Source of the DNA: Candidatus Freyarchaeum deiterrae
Lineage (GTDB): Archaea > Asgardarchaeota > Jordiarchaeia > Jordiarchaeales > Jordiarchaeaceae
Reading direction: 5' to 3'
Length of the DNA: 64,000 nucleotides
Assembly (NCBI GenBank): GCA_037305845.1
Contig: CP147778.1
Span: 1,920,001 to 1,984,000, forward strand
The translations under genes and the position numbers were made by a program. Below are positions 17,304 to 27,574 of the stretch, piece by piece. The first letter of the stretch is position 1. Each line of letters begins with the position of its first letter. Below the pieces are notes generated by a model. The model did not search any database, was not told where the DNA came from, and worked only from the letters and a program-made list of their open reading frames with translations.

Positions 17304-20300
17304 TTATCGCGGAAAGGCTGATAATTCCTTCACCAAGTCAGCCAGCGTTTTTTCCGGTGTGATAGTTGTTCCACTTCCAAATGCTCCTGAAATTGAAGCT
17401 TTTTTGTGAGCTTTGAAATTGTTTGAAATAAGTCGAGAGCGTTCTTCAGATTCTCCGCTACGCGCCCAATAAAATAGCACGAATTCTGTTCCTTCTGTTA
17501 TGGATCCTTCGATTTCAGGAAACTTCGCTTCTCTTATAAATCTCAACTTTTTATTCAGCCTTTTATTCTCAATTTCGGTAATTGAGCTAGGGTCTTCTGT
17601 CAATTTCTTTTGGGAAACTCCGAAAACTCTCGTGACTGCTCCAAGGGATTTTGAGGCTGCATTATGAACTCTAACATCTTCTAACAGTTTGATTAGAGGT
17701 CTAACCGCTTTTCCATCTACTACTCCCTCTTCGGCATACCGCGTGATGGCGATTGTTGAAAATAAAGCAACATCCTTATTCTCATTGCCAAGTAAATCAA
17801 TCAATTTATCCAAAGCATTCTCATCAATCTTGTCTTTTTCTGCATAGAAGGTTAGCGCAAGAGCGGTATTAATTAAAGTTATAGCAGTCTTGTCTTTGAG
17901 TAATTCAACCAAGTTTTTCAGAGCGGTTTCGCTAATTATATTATTTTCTGCGTAAAAAGCTAAGGCAAGCGCGGCGCTTGAGCGTACATAATCACTTTCG
18001 TCCTTAAGTAAACCTGCTAGTAGTTCCGCCGCCTTCTCCTCCACTATGCCGTTTTCCGCATATCTCGCCAGTGCCAGAGAAGCGTTGGATCTTATAAAAT
18101 TGTTCTCATCGCCTAACAGCATAATTAGTGGTTCAATACATTCAGGATTAACTATACTATTTTCAGCGTACCAAGCAAGTGCCAGCGAGGAGTTAATTCT
18201 AGTAACAAAACTAGCGTCACCAAGCAAACCAACTAAATGATCCAAAGCGTCCTCACTTACAATACCTTTCCCCGCGTAACTTGCAATAGTGTATGAGGCG
18301 TTCATTCTGACAATTATATTCTCATCACCAAGCATAGGTATTAAGGGCTCTAAAGCAATTTTATTAACCATACCCTTCTTTTCGGAAAAACTTGCTATAG
18401 AATATGCGGCATTTTCCCGTATTATCTCTCCCTCACTCTTAAGTAGTTCAATAAGCTTGTCCAAAGCTCTTGAGTCTACCAAACCGTTCATAGCATATCT
18501 TCCTACAGCGAAAGTAGTATTTTGAACAATTTCCGAATTCTCATCGCTGAGTAATCCTAGCAACGATTCTAAAGCCGCACCATTAACTAATCTATTTTCT
18601 GCGTATGCTCCAATAGCTGTTAATGCGTTTTTCTTAACATAAAAATCTTCATCGCTAATTAGGTTTATCAGTGGTAGGAGAGCATTCTCACTAACCAGAT
18701 TATTATCCGCGTAAAATCCTAAAGCTAGTGCGGTGTTGGACCTAATACGAGCATCTGTGTCACTGAGGAGATTCGTTAAGCCATCTAAAGCCTTTTTATC
18801 TACTTGCTTCTTTTCTCCGTAGGTTGCTATTGCTAGTGTGGCGTTCATTCTGGTTGTTGGGTTTTCGTCCGTTAGGAGTTTTACTAATGGCTTTAGAGCC
18901 TCTTTCTCAATCAGATCTTTTTCTCCGTAGGTTGCTATTGCTAGTGTGGCGTTCATTCTGGTTGTTGGGTTTTCGTCCGTTAGGAGTTTTACTAATGGGT
19001 TTAGAGCTTCTTCAGAAAAGATTTCTTTTCTTGTATATCTGGCTATTGCTAACGCAGCGTTTCCTCGAACATTATTGTTTTTATCCTCGAGCGCTTTCAC
19101 AATGGGTTCAACCGCATCTGGGTTCAACAACTCTTTTTCGGCGTAACTCGCCATAATTGCAGAAGCTAAAGTTCTAGAATCGACAAGTTCATCATTAAGC
19201 AGAGCAGTCAAAGCCCTTAAGGCCTCTTCCGATGTTAGATCTTTTCTAAGATACTCTTCGATTGCGTATAAAGTATTTAAACGGACTTGACTATCCCGAT
19301 CATCAAGAAGTATTGTAAGCCGTTTTGGCGCGTTTTCGGAAGTTAAACCTTTATTTGCATATTTTGCCAAAACTGCTGAAACTGCAGTACGAATACTAGT
19401 ATCACTATCTTCACATAATTCTAAGAGCGGTTCGAGAGCGGATTCGTCGACTAAATCATTTTCTGCATAAAATCCTAAAGCTATTGTCGCTTTCATACGA
19501 ATATCTTTATTATTATCCTTAAGAAGTATAATTAATGTTGTTAAGGCTTTACCATCAACGATGCTTCTTTGGGCATACAGACCAATAGCTGCGGTAGCCC
19601 TCAAACGAATTTCTTCATTATGATCATAAAGCAGCCCGATGAAAGGCTCCAACGCCTTCTGGTCTACCAAGCCATTCTCTGCGTAGTGCGCTAAAGCGAT
19701 TATACCCCCTTTACGAATATTTTCATCCTCATCTCCAAGCAATTTTACTAGAGGCTCTATTGCTTGCTCATCCACGAACCTATTTTGGGCGTAACTTGCA
19801 ATGGCGTATACTATATTTCCACGAATTTGATTATCCTCATCGCTTAATAATTTTATAAGAGGATTAACAGACTTCGAACCAACTAAACCCTTAGCCGCAT
19901 ACCATCTTATAGCAATGACAGCGTTTTTTCTAATAGCATCATTATCACTACCAAGCAATTTGACCAAAGCTTCTGTAGCTTCATTGGAAATAATCCCTTT
20001 TACAGCGTATCTTCCCACAGCGAAGGTCGCTGACCATAAAAGGTTAGAATCCTCCTCCTTAAACATCTCGACTAGAGGGCGCAAAGCTGCTTCGTTTAGA
20101 AACCCATTCTCAGCATAAAACCCTATTGCCGTCGCAGCTCTCATTCGAGTGTCCATTCGCCCTTCGTCGAGTAACTTAATCAAACCCTCCAAAACATTGC
20201 CGTCAACTAGACCTCTCTCTGAATAGCGAGCGGTAGCGTCCACCGCTCTCATTCTAACGTCATCATTCTCATCAGAAAGTAAGGTGGCTAGATACTCTAA

Positions 20301-23300
20301 GGCCTTCTTGTTCACAAGGGCGTTATCGGCGTACCTAGCAATAGCTGTAGCTGCGTTTCCACGGGTATACACATTCTCATCCTTAAGCAACTTCATTAGC
20401 AGTTCGACGGCCTTAACCTCAACTATTTCCTTCTCAGCGTAATTAGCGATAGCGGTTGCGGCGTTCCCCCGAACAAAGCTATCATCATCGCTGAGCAATG
20501 TTATTAAAGAATCCAAGGCCTTAATGTTAAAAACGCTTCCTTCAGCATACCTGGAAATAGCGGTTGCGGCGTTGCCCCGAATATCCGCTTCAGGGTCTGC
20601 AAGGAGCTTGGTTAATTTCACCAAAGCTCTCTCGCCAAATAAATTATTATCTGCATATCTTAGCAAAGTTATTACTGCATTTCCTCGGACACTTGTATCA
20701 CTGTCTCCTAGTAAAGCGATTAGGGGATCAAGGATATTAGAGTTAGTCGTACCGTTTTCCGCATATATTCCTAATGCGGTTATAGAATTGATGCGAATAT
20801 TCACATCTTTGTCATTCAGTAGAGATATTAAAGGCTCTATAGCTTCGTTGTAAAACATTTTGTTTTCGGCGTATTTTACCAATGCATAAACAGCATTTCT
20901 GCGAATATCGTCATTTTCATTTATTAACAATTTTGATAGTGGTTTCAAAGCCTTTTCTGAAAACAACTTTTTCTCTGAGTATACTACAATGGACTTGGTT
21001 GCGTTACCACAAGCAAGAGTATCCTTGTCTTCGAGGAGGATAATTATAGGCTCCAAAATATTTTCGTTTACAATATCATTTTTTGCATATTCACTTATAG
21101 CTTCAGCAGAATTGGAACGTATTTCTGCATTCTCATCACTGAGTAACCTAGATAGTGACTCTAGAGCTTTTTCGTCTAATAATCCCTTCTTCGAGTATTT
21201 GGTAATCGCTGCAGAGGATATTTTTCGGATTTCGGTTGCTTCGTCGTCGAGAAGTTTTGTTAGCGGTTTTAGAGCATCTGGGGAGACCATATTCTTATCC
21301 GCATAAATATTAATTGCAGTTGAAGCATTGAAACGGTTTTCAGGATTATTATCCGTTAATAAACCTACCAGTGATTTCAAGACGACTACATTAACTTTTC
21401 CCTTCTCAGCGTATCGGACAACTGCGCTGGAAGCTTTTGTTGAAACTCTTTCGTTCTCTTTATCTAGCAACTTTATTAAATGTTCTAAAGCTTCCTCATG
21501 AGTTAATCCCCTACTTGCATACTGAGCAATGGCCGAAGAGGCGTTAGCAAGAATATCTGGGTCTTCTTCTTCGAGCAGCTTGACTAACGGCGCTAACGCT
21601 TTCTTCTCTACAATATCCCTCTCAGCATAAAGAGATACAGCTAACGCAGACATGTTACGGATAGCATCATATTCATCGCTAAGTAACTTTATTAAAAAAC
21701 TGACCGCCTTTTCATTAACCACTTGTTTTTCAGCGTATTGTACTATCGAAATTGCAGAACTTAATCTTGTGTCACTACTTGCATCGGTTAAAAGTGTTGA
21801 TAATGGCTCTAAAGCTGCCTCATCTATAATCCCATTCATTGCATACAGACCTATTATTGCCGAAGCATTTGTACGTACGCTGGTTTCTCTTTCTCTTAGC
21901 AAACCAATGATCGGCTTCAGGGATTTTTCATAAATAAGATTATTCTCCGCATAGATTCTAAGTACATTCGATACGCTAGACAAAATAGTAGCATCTTTTA
22001 CTCCCAATAATTTTGTTAGAGGTTCAAGCAACCCCTCATCTAGTAATTTATTTTCAGCGTATAATTCAATCACTCTAACTACTCTTATGCGAAGGCCTAG
22101 GTTTTCATCGGCGAGCAGCTTAACCAAATATGGAAATATCTTCTCATCAAAGAGATTTTTCTCTGCGTAGACACCTATTGCATCAATAGACCTGATAATT
22201 ATATCCAAATCATTGTCTTCAAGCTGAGCTATGAGCGGTTCTAAGGCTTTCTCATCTATAAAGTCCTTTTGTCCGTATAATCCTATTGCAAGGGCGGCTT
22301 TTACACGTACGCTTGCGTTCTCATCTAGCAGTGCTTTCATCAGTGATTCCAACGCCGGCTCTTCAAAGAGATTATTCTCAGCATAGCTAACTATAGAATT
22401 AACGGCTCCTAGTCTAATTTCCGTATTTTTGTCTGAGAGAAGTTTTGTTAAATATTTCAATGCCTCTTTGTTAAATAGTTTCTTTTCTGAGTACCGCTCC
22501 AGTGCTTTTATGACGCTCATCTGTATGTCACTGTTCTCCTCGTTGAGGAGTCCTGTAAGTGGTTTCAATGCTTCCTCGTAGTAAAGTCCATTAACAGTGT
22601 ACAACATAATAGCGGTTAAGGCATTTCTTCTGGTATTCACATTTTCCTCAAGAAGCATTTCAGAAAGTGGTTTCAAAGCCTTGTCGGTAACCAACCCCTT
22701 CTCCGCATACCTTATAATTCCAATAACTGCTCTAGTCCTTAGCTCTATGTCCTCGTCGCTGAGAAGTTCTGTAAGAGGATTAATCGCCGCCTCATTTTGC
22801 AATCCTTTCTCCGCATAAATTCCGATTGCGAGTGCGCCGTTTCCTCGAATATTGCTGTCCTTGTCTCTTAAAAGTCCAATCAGGGGCTGCAGAGCAGAAT
22901 TATAAATTAATCCTTTCAACGCGTACAAAACTAATGTGATTGCTGCTGTGGTAAGAGTTGTTTTATTCTCGTCTGAGAGCAGTTTGGTTAGGGGTTTAAG
23001 AGCTTCGTTACTTAGTAGGTTTTTCTCGGCGTAGAGGCCTATCGCTGCTGCGGCTCTCATTCTTACATCGCTGACCTTATCTGAGAGCAGTTTGGTTAAG
23101 GGTTCAAGAGCTTCATTACTTAGTAGGTTTTTCTCGGCGTATTGGGCCAGCGCACCTGCGGCTCCTGCCCGTATTGCGTAATTTTTGTCATTAAGAAGTG
23201 AAATTAGGGCCTTTAAGGCTTTTATGTCAACGTAATCTTTCACCGCATATAATCCTACAGCGGCCACCGCGCTCATTCGTATTTCGTCATCACTATCGCT

Positions 23301-25889
23301 GAGCGAACTAATCAGAGGTTCTAACCCTTTTTTATCAACTAATCCTTTCTCCAAGTATCGGCCAATTGCATCAATAGCTTCTAGTCTTATATTTATATTC
23401 TTGTCTTCTAGGAGTGTTATAAAATGTTCTAAAATTGATTCATCAATGACATTATTTAGAGCATAGTATCCAATAGCATGTATTGCGTTTCTTTGAACGT
23501 TTGTGTCCTGATCATTTAAGAGCTTAATTAGTTGTGGGAGAGCGCTCTTTATCACTAAACCTCTTTCCGCATACAATCCCAAGGCTAGGGCAGCATTTCC
23601 ACGAACCTCTACGTTTTCATCAACCAAGAGTCTGTTTAGATGTTCTAATCCTCTTTCATTAACTTTGTCTTTTTCCGCGTATCGTGCGATTGCGAATGCA
23701 GCGTTTGTACGTGTGGCGCTGTCTTTATCATCTAACAGGCCTATCAAGGGGTTAATTAATTGTTCATCCACAATACCCTTACTCGCAAAGTCACCGATTG
23801 CAATGGCGGCGTTTCTTCGAACATTACCATTATTATCGCTTAAAAGTTTAGTTAATTCAAGTAGTACTTTCTCATCCATCAATCCCTTTTCGACATATCT
23901 CGCTATTGCGGCTGAGGCAGCTTCACGAATTTCATCATTTTTATCTTCTATTAGTTTGAGTAGAGGCTCAACTGCATTTTTATCAGTAATTTCATTTTCT
24001 GCATATCTAGCAATCGCGAGTGAAGCTCTGGCTTTAACGTTAAAATCTTCGTCTTTTAGAAGCTTTATAAGTTGGTTTAAGGCATTTTCGTTCACCAACT
24101 TATTTTCTGCATAATATATTAAAGCTGATAACACATTTGCAACAATCATTTTATCCTTATCAGAAAGTAATTTGATTAAAGGAACTACCGCTTCCAAATC
24201 AACTATTCCTTTCTCAGAGTATAATGCAATTACCGCAGTTGAGTTACCACGTGTTGTAGCATTATCCTCGTTGAGGAGCGTTATCACGTTCTTTAAAGCC
24301 TTACTCTCAATCATGCCTTTTTCAGCATAATGAGCTAGTGCGGCTGAGGTGGCTCCACGAATATCCACATTGCTATCTGTAAGCAAAGTAGTAATTAAGT
24401 CCAAAGCCCTTCTATTTAGCCAATCCTTTTTCGCATATAACCCGACAGCTATCGCAGCGTTCAAACGTATATTCGTTTCTTCTTTGCCCAGCAGGTCGAT
24501 CAGAGGTTCCAATGCTCTCTCATCAACCAGTTCTTTCTGAGCGTATAATGCAATCGCAATTACGGCATTAGTTTGAACTTCATAGTCCGGGTTACTGACA
24601 AGTGTTATTAAAGGATCCAGAGCGGAAAAATCAAAAATATCATTTCTTGCATAGTTTACTAAAATAGCTGAAGCGTTAAGATAAATCTCTGTGTCTTTTT
24701 CGTATAACAAATTGATCAAGAAGTTTAAGGCTTCTTTATTCACAACTCCCTTCTCTGTGTATTTAGCAACTGCTTCAAGAGCTCTCTTCCGTATTTCCTT
24801 ATTCTTATCTCTAAGAAGATTTGAAAGAGGCTCCAAAGCATCTTCTTCAACCAAATCTCTATCCGCGTATCGAACCAGTGCTAGAGTTGCATTTAATCGT
24901 ATGTTTTCATCCTTCTCGAGAAGAAGTGAGGTTAATGGTTTTAGGGCCCCTTCTTCTACCAAACCCTTTTCCGCGTAGCCAGCTATAATATGAGAAGAAG
25001 CTAGACGCGTTTCACTATCCTCATATTCTAATAATTCAATAAGGGGGTCTAGTACGTCGCTAGAGAAAATGCCTTTTTCTAAGTAGATATCTATTCCCCA
25101 TGCAGCAATACGCTGGATTTCGGTTTTACTATCGCTCAACAAGCTCATCATGAATTTTAGGGCGATAGCATTTACCATATTTTTCTCGGCGTATTTTGTA
25201 ACAGCATAGACCGCATTTTTACAAATTTCTTTATCCTCAGAACTCATCAGATTAATCATGGGGTTTAAAACTCTTTCATCTATTATTCCCCGTTCTAAAT
25301 ATTTCACAATAGCTTGAATTACGCGTAATCTTACATCCCGATCCTGATCCTCAAGAAGCGTAATTAATGAACCTATTCCGCTTTCGTCCACCAGATTTTT
25401 CTCAGCGTAGCGCAATACTGCTATCGCAGCGTTTTTCCTAACATTAGTTTCATCATCTGCCAGAAGTTTAATCAGGAGCTTCACTGCCCGTAAATCTGTC
25501 ATACCAACTTCTGCATAGTCCGCTATTGCTAAAGCTGCGTAAGATTTTGTTTTACTACTCACTTCTTCCAGAAGTGAGATAAGGGGTTCAACCGCCTGGC
25601 CTTCAAATTTTCCTTTTTCCGCGTAATTTGCTATCGTATACGCGGCGTTCATTTTAACCGTACTATCTGAATCGTAAAGAAGCTTAATTAACGGTTCCAA
25701 AACGTTTGGATCATATACCCCTTCTCCTGCCAGGTTTCCAAGAACTAGGGCAGCGTTCGCTCTAACATTAGGCTCTTTGTCAATAAGTAAACGCTCTAGT
25801 TTATCAACTGCCCTTTTGATCTTTCCTTCCTTGTATAATTTCAATGCCTCTTCTACTGGTTTGGGGTACTCATTGGAACTGTTTTCCAT
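17304..25889 (-). CDS. Giant HEAT/ARM-like repeat protein (2861 aa, about 75 x 36-aa repeats)
   Basis: Repeat consensus L.pLi.LL.D....vR.nA..Ai..YAe.g. Confidence 0.92.
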   Translation of the reverse strand: MENSSNEYPKPVEEALKLYKEGKIKRAVDKLERLLIDKEPNVRANAALVLGNLAGEGVYDPNVLEPLIKLLYDSDSTVKMNAAYTIANYAEKGKFEGQAVEPLISLLEEVSSKTKSYAALAIADYAEVGMTDLRAVKLLIKLLADDETNVRKNAAIAVLRYAEKNLVDESGIGSLITLLEDQDRDVRLRVIQAIVKYLERGIIDERVLNPMINLMSSEDKEICKNAVYAVTKYAEKNMVNAIALKFMMSLLSDSKTEIQRIAAWGIDIYLEKGIFSSDVLDPLIELLEYEDSETRLASSHIIAGYAEKGLVEEGALKPLTSLLLEKDENIRLNATLALVRYADRDLVEEDALEPLSNLLRDKNKEIRKRALEAVAKYTEKGVVNKEALNFLINLLYEKDTEIYLNASAILVNYARNDIFDFSALDPLITLVSNPDYEVQTNAVIAIALYAQKELVDERALEPLIDLLGKEETNIRLNAAIAVGLYAKKDWLNRRALDLITTLLTDSNVDIRGATSAALAHYAEKGMIESKALKNVITLLNEDNATTRGNSTAVIALYSEKGIVDLEAVVPLIKLLSDKDKMIVANVLSALIYYAENKLVNENALNQLIKLLKDEDFNVKARASLAIARYAENEITDKNAVEPLLKLIEDKNDEIREAASAAIARYVEKGLMDEKVLLELTKLLSDNNGNVRRNAAIAIGDFASKGIVDEQLINPLIGLLDDKDSATRTNAAFAIARYAEKDKVNERGLEHLNRLLVDENVEVRGNAALALGLYAERGLVIKSALPQLIKLLNDQDTNVQRNAIHAIGYYALNNVIDESILEHFITLLEDKNINIRLEAIDAIGRYLEKGLVDKKGLEPLISSLSDSDDEIRMSAVAAVGLYAVKDYVDIKALKALISLLNDKNYAIRAGAAGALAQYAEKNLLSNEALEPLTKLLSDKVSDVRMRAAAAIGLYAEKNLLSNEALKPLTKLLSDENKTTLTTAAITLVLYALKGLIYNSALQPLIGLLRDKDSNIRGNGALAIGIYAEKGLQNEAAINPLTELLSDEDIELRTRAVIGIIRYAEKGLVTDKALKPLSEMLLEENVNTRRNALTAIMLYTVNGLYYEEALKPLTGLLNEENSDIQMSVIKALERYSEKKLFNKEALKYLTKLLSDKNTEIRLGAVNSIVSYAENNLFEEPALESLMKALLDENASVRVKAALAIGLYGQKDFIDEKALEPLIAQLEDNDLDIIIRSIDAIGVYAEKNLFDEKIFPYLVKLLADENLGLRIRVVRVIELYAENKLLDEGLLEPLTKLLGVKDATILSSVSNVLRIYAENNLIYEKSLKPIIGLLRERETSVRTNASAIIGLYAMNGIIDEAALEPLSTLLTDASSDTRLSSAISIVQYAEKQVVNEKAVSFLIKLLSDEYDAIRNMSALAVSLYAERDIVEKKALAPLVKLLEEEDPDILANASSAIAQYASRGLTHEEALEHLIKLLDKENERVSTKASSAVVRYAEKGKVNVVVLKSLVGLLTDNNPENRFNASTAINIYADKNMVSPDALKPLTKLLDDEATEIRKISSAAITKYSKKGLLDEKALESLSRLLSDENAEIRSNSAEAISEYAKNDIVNENILEPIIILLEDKDTLACGNATKSIVVYSEKKLFSEKALKPLSKLLINENDDIRRNAVYALVKYAENKMFYNEAIEPLISLLNDKDVNIRINSITALGIYAENGTTNSNILDPLIALLGDSDTSVRGNAVITLLRYADNNLFGERALVKLTKLLADPEADIRGNAATAISRYAEGSVFNIKALDSLITLLSDDDSFVRGNAATAIANYAEKEIVEVKAVELLMKLLKDENVYTRGNAATAIARYADNALVNKKALEYLATLLSDENDDVRMRAVDATARYSERGLVDGNVLEGLIKLLDEGRMDTRMRAATAIGFYAENGFLNEAALRPLVEMFKEEDSNLLWSATFAVGRYAVKGIISNEATEALVKLLGSDNDAIRKNAVIAIRWYAAKGLVGSKSVNPLIKLLSDEDNQIRGNIVYAIASYAQNRFVDEQAIEPLVKLLGDEDENIRKGGIIALAHYAENGLVDQKALEPFIGLLYDHNEEIRLRATAAIGLYAQRSIVDGKALTTLIILLKDNNKDIRMKATIALGFYAENDLVDESALEPLLELCEDSDTSIRTAVSAVLAKYANKGLTSENAPKRLTILLDDRDSQVRLNTLYAIEEYLRKDLTSEEALRALTALLNDELVDSRTLASAIMASYAEKELLNPDAVEPIVKALEDKNNNVRGNAALAIARYTRKEIFSEEALNPLVKLLTDENPTTRMNATLAIATYGEKDLIEKEALKPLVKLLTDENPTTRMNATLAIATYGEKKQVDKKALDGLTNLLSDTDARIRSNTALALGFYADNNLVSENALLPLINLISDEDFYVKKNALTAIGAYAENRLVNGAALESLLGLLSDENSEIVQNTTFAVGRYAMNGLVDSRALDKLIELLKSEGEIIRENAAYSIASFSEKKGMVNKIALEPLIPMLGDENIIVRMNASYTIASYAGKGIVSEDALDHLVGLLGDASFVTRINSSLALAWYAENSIVNPECIEPLIMLLGDENNFIRSNASLALARYAENGIVEEKAAELLAGLLKDESDYVRSSAALALAFYAENNIISETALKNLVELLKDKTAITLINTALALTFYAEKDKIDENALDKLIDLLGNENKDVALFSTIAITRYAEEGVVDGKAVRPLIKLLEDVRVHNAASKSLGAVTRVFGVSQKKLTEDPSSITEIENKRLNKKLRFIREAKFPEIEGSITEGTEFVLFYWARSGESEERSRLISNNFKAHKKASISGAFGSGTTITPEKTLADLVKELSAFPR
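18811..18998. repeat. Tandem duplication within the HEAT gene: 80-bp identical copies, 108-bp period
   Basis: 18811-18890 equals 18919-18998. Confidence 0.9.
22973..23141. repeat. Near-identical repeat of about 60 bp with 108-bp period within the HEAT gene
   Basis: ctgagagcagtttggtta...ttctcggcgta at 22973 and 23081. Confidence 0.85.
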
Positions 25890-26016
25890 TCAACCCCCTT
25901 CATAGGATTGGATTTTTAAATGAAGTGGTCTCTCTCTTCTTCGCGAGAAATAATACTTGAAAATGGTTATAATTTTAACGGTTACTAATAATGTTCAATA
26001 ATGGTGTTATACGAAT

Positions 26017-27225
26017 TTAGCATACGGGAATACGACCGAACGCTAACTCTTTAATAAATTTTTGCAAGTTATCGAGTTCTGATAGAACAACCTCCTTAAT
26101 CTCCTTGGATACAGCTTGTAGACTCAACCCTGGATCAAGAATCGCCTGGACCGAGGTTATCATGGGTTCGTTAATCGGTTTTCCTATCTGACTGAGAAGC
26201 CAAACATAGACTTCCTTTAATCCAGAAACCTTTTCATGAATCTCGTTTGCAATTCTATAACTTAGCAAATTGTATATTTTACCTACATGGCTTACAGGAT
26301 TTTTTCCAGCAGCGGCTTCTGATGACGTCGGCCTATTTAATGGAATAATTCCATTAACTCTATTTCCTCTACCCACTTGACCGCAATCCGCGCCATCAGC
26401 CGAAGTTCCTAAAACCGTTAAATAAACTCCGTCAATTCCCCTACCTCTCATATCCAAAGCGTTTATAGTTAGATCAACCTTTTCAAGGTTCACTCTAGAA
26501 ATAACGAACTGCTTAACTTCTTCTAGAACCTCATCCTTCTTTCTAAAATAATCTTCCTCGGAGTCTATGAACTGATCTACAAAGGCTGTGGCTACAATAA
26601 TTTTGAGATTTTTCTCTTGTCTCAGCCCCATAATTTTAACATCTTCCCCCGTTTCGGGAAAGGACTTTTTGAACTCTTTGGAATTGATAAATCTCTCAGT
26701 GTCAAAAACTATTTGCTCTGTTTCACTCATGGGTGCGAATCCTACAGCGGCCGATGTATCATTAGCACCCAGATATTTACCCTTCCTTTCAAATATATCA
26801 ACAAGAGCCTGTGATCCTCTCTTAAGCTCAATTTGATATTTCAGATGTTTTTCAGGGTCCACGAACCTCATATTATCCCTAAACCATTTTTTGGTAGTAT
26901 CAACTGTAATCTCCTCAACAGGAATCTCCGTACCTCCTACCTCAAATGTAGCTCTGTCTCCAAACACCATCAACATTGGTTTTTTAACCTCGCCTCCACC
27001 GAACTTCGTTTCCGTTTCACCTGCAGCAAGTAAACTCTTGTCAACATTGTGATGCATAATCGCTCCAAATTTCTCCATATACACTTTTGAAAGAGCTATG
27101 GAGATCTCGTTCATCACAGAATCGCAGATAGTATCCGGATGACCCAAACCTTTACGCTCACAGATCTCCATTCTCTGCTCCATTAGAGGAACTTGCTTCA
27201 ATTCATCTATCATTATGTTTACCAA
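26017..27225 (-). CDS. mat: Archaeal-type S-adenosylmethionine synthetase
   Basis: ERKGLGHPDTICD, ANDTS, GEDVKIMG, GRGNRVNG, AGKNPVSHVGKIYN; TTG start after GGAGG. Confidence 0.95.
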   Translation of the reverse strand: MVNIMIDELKQVPLMEQRMEICERKGLGHPDTICDSVMNEISIALSKVYMEKFGAIMHHNVDKSLLAAGETETKFGGGEVKKPMLMVFGDRATFEVGGTEIPVEEITVDTTKKWFRDNMRFVDPEKHLKYQIELKRGSQALVDIFERKGKYLGANDTSAAVGFAPMSETEQIVFDTERFINSKEFKKSFPETGEDVKIMGLRQEKNLKIIVATAFVDQFIDSEEDYFRKKDEVLEEVKQFVISRVNLEKVDLTINALDMRGRGIDGVYLTVLGTSADGADCGQVGRGNRVNGIIPLNRPTSSEAAAGKNPVSHVGKIYNLLSYRIANEIHEKVSGLKEVYVWLLSQIGKPINEPMITSVQAILDPGLSLQAVSKEIKEVVLSELDNLQKFIKELAFGRIPVC

Positions 27226-27574
27226 ACTTCCATCCTCCAAAACCGACTGTGAAAAGATAACCCTTAACATTCCAAAATAACTATTATATTATATTTAATA
27301 TTCCTGCGTAAAAAAATATCTTACTTTTCCAGTTTTGAAAAAGTATTTACGATTTTTAATCCTTAAACAAAACACCTTCCACGAAAGAAAGCAAAGAACA
27401 TAGTTAAAACTCAAACAATCACCGATATAAAAAACTTTGACTTCATAAGTATATCAAGGATAATCACATATACCTCAACTCAAACATCCGAAATACATTA
27501 TATGCCTAAAAAATAAATACTTGCAAGTGTTTTAGATTATTAGAACATTTTTAAGGGGATTATTATTTTTCGAG

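Noticed and set aside
18811-18998. Direct repeats as a possible CRISPR array or mobile-element ends
   Set aside because: Only two copies, in-frame 108-bp period, lying within a coding repeat.
18046-24978. Many + strand ORFs of 60-150 aa inside the HEAT gene
   Set aside because: Antisense shadows of the repetitive coding strand.
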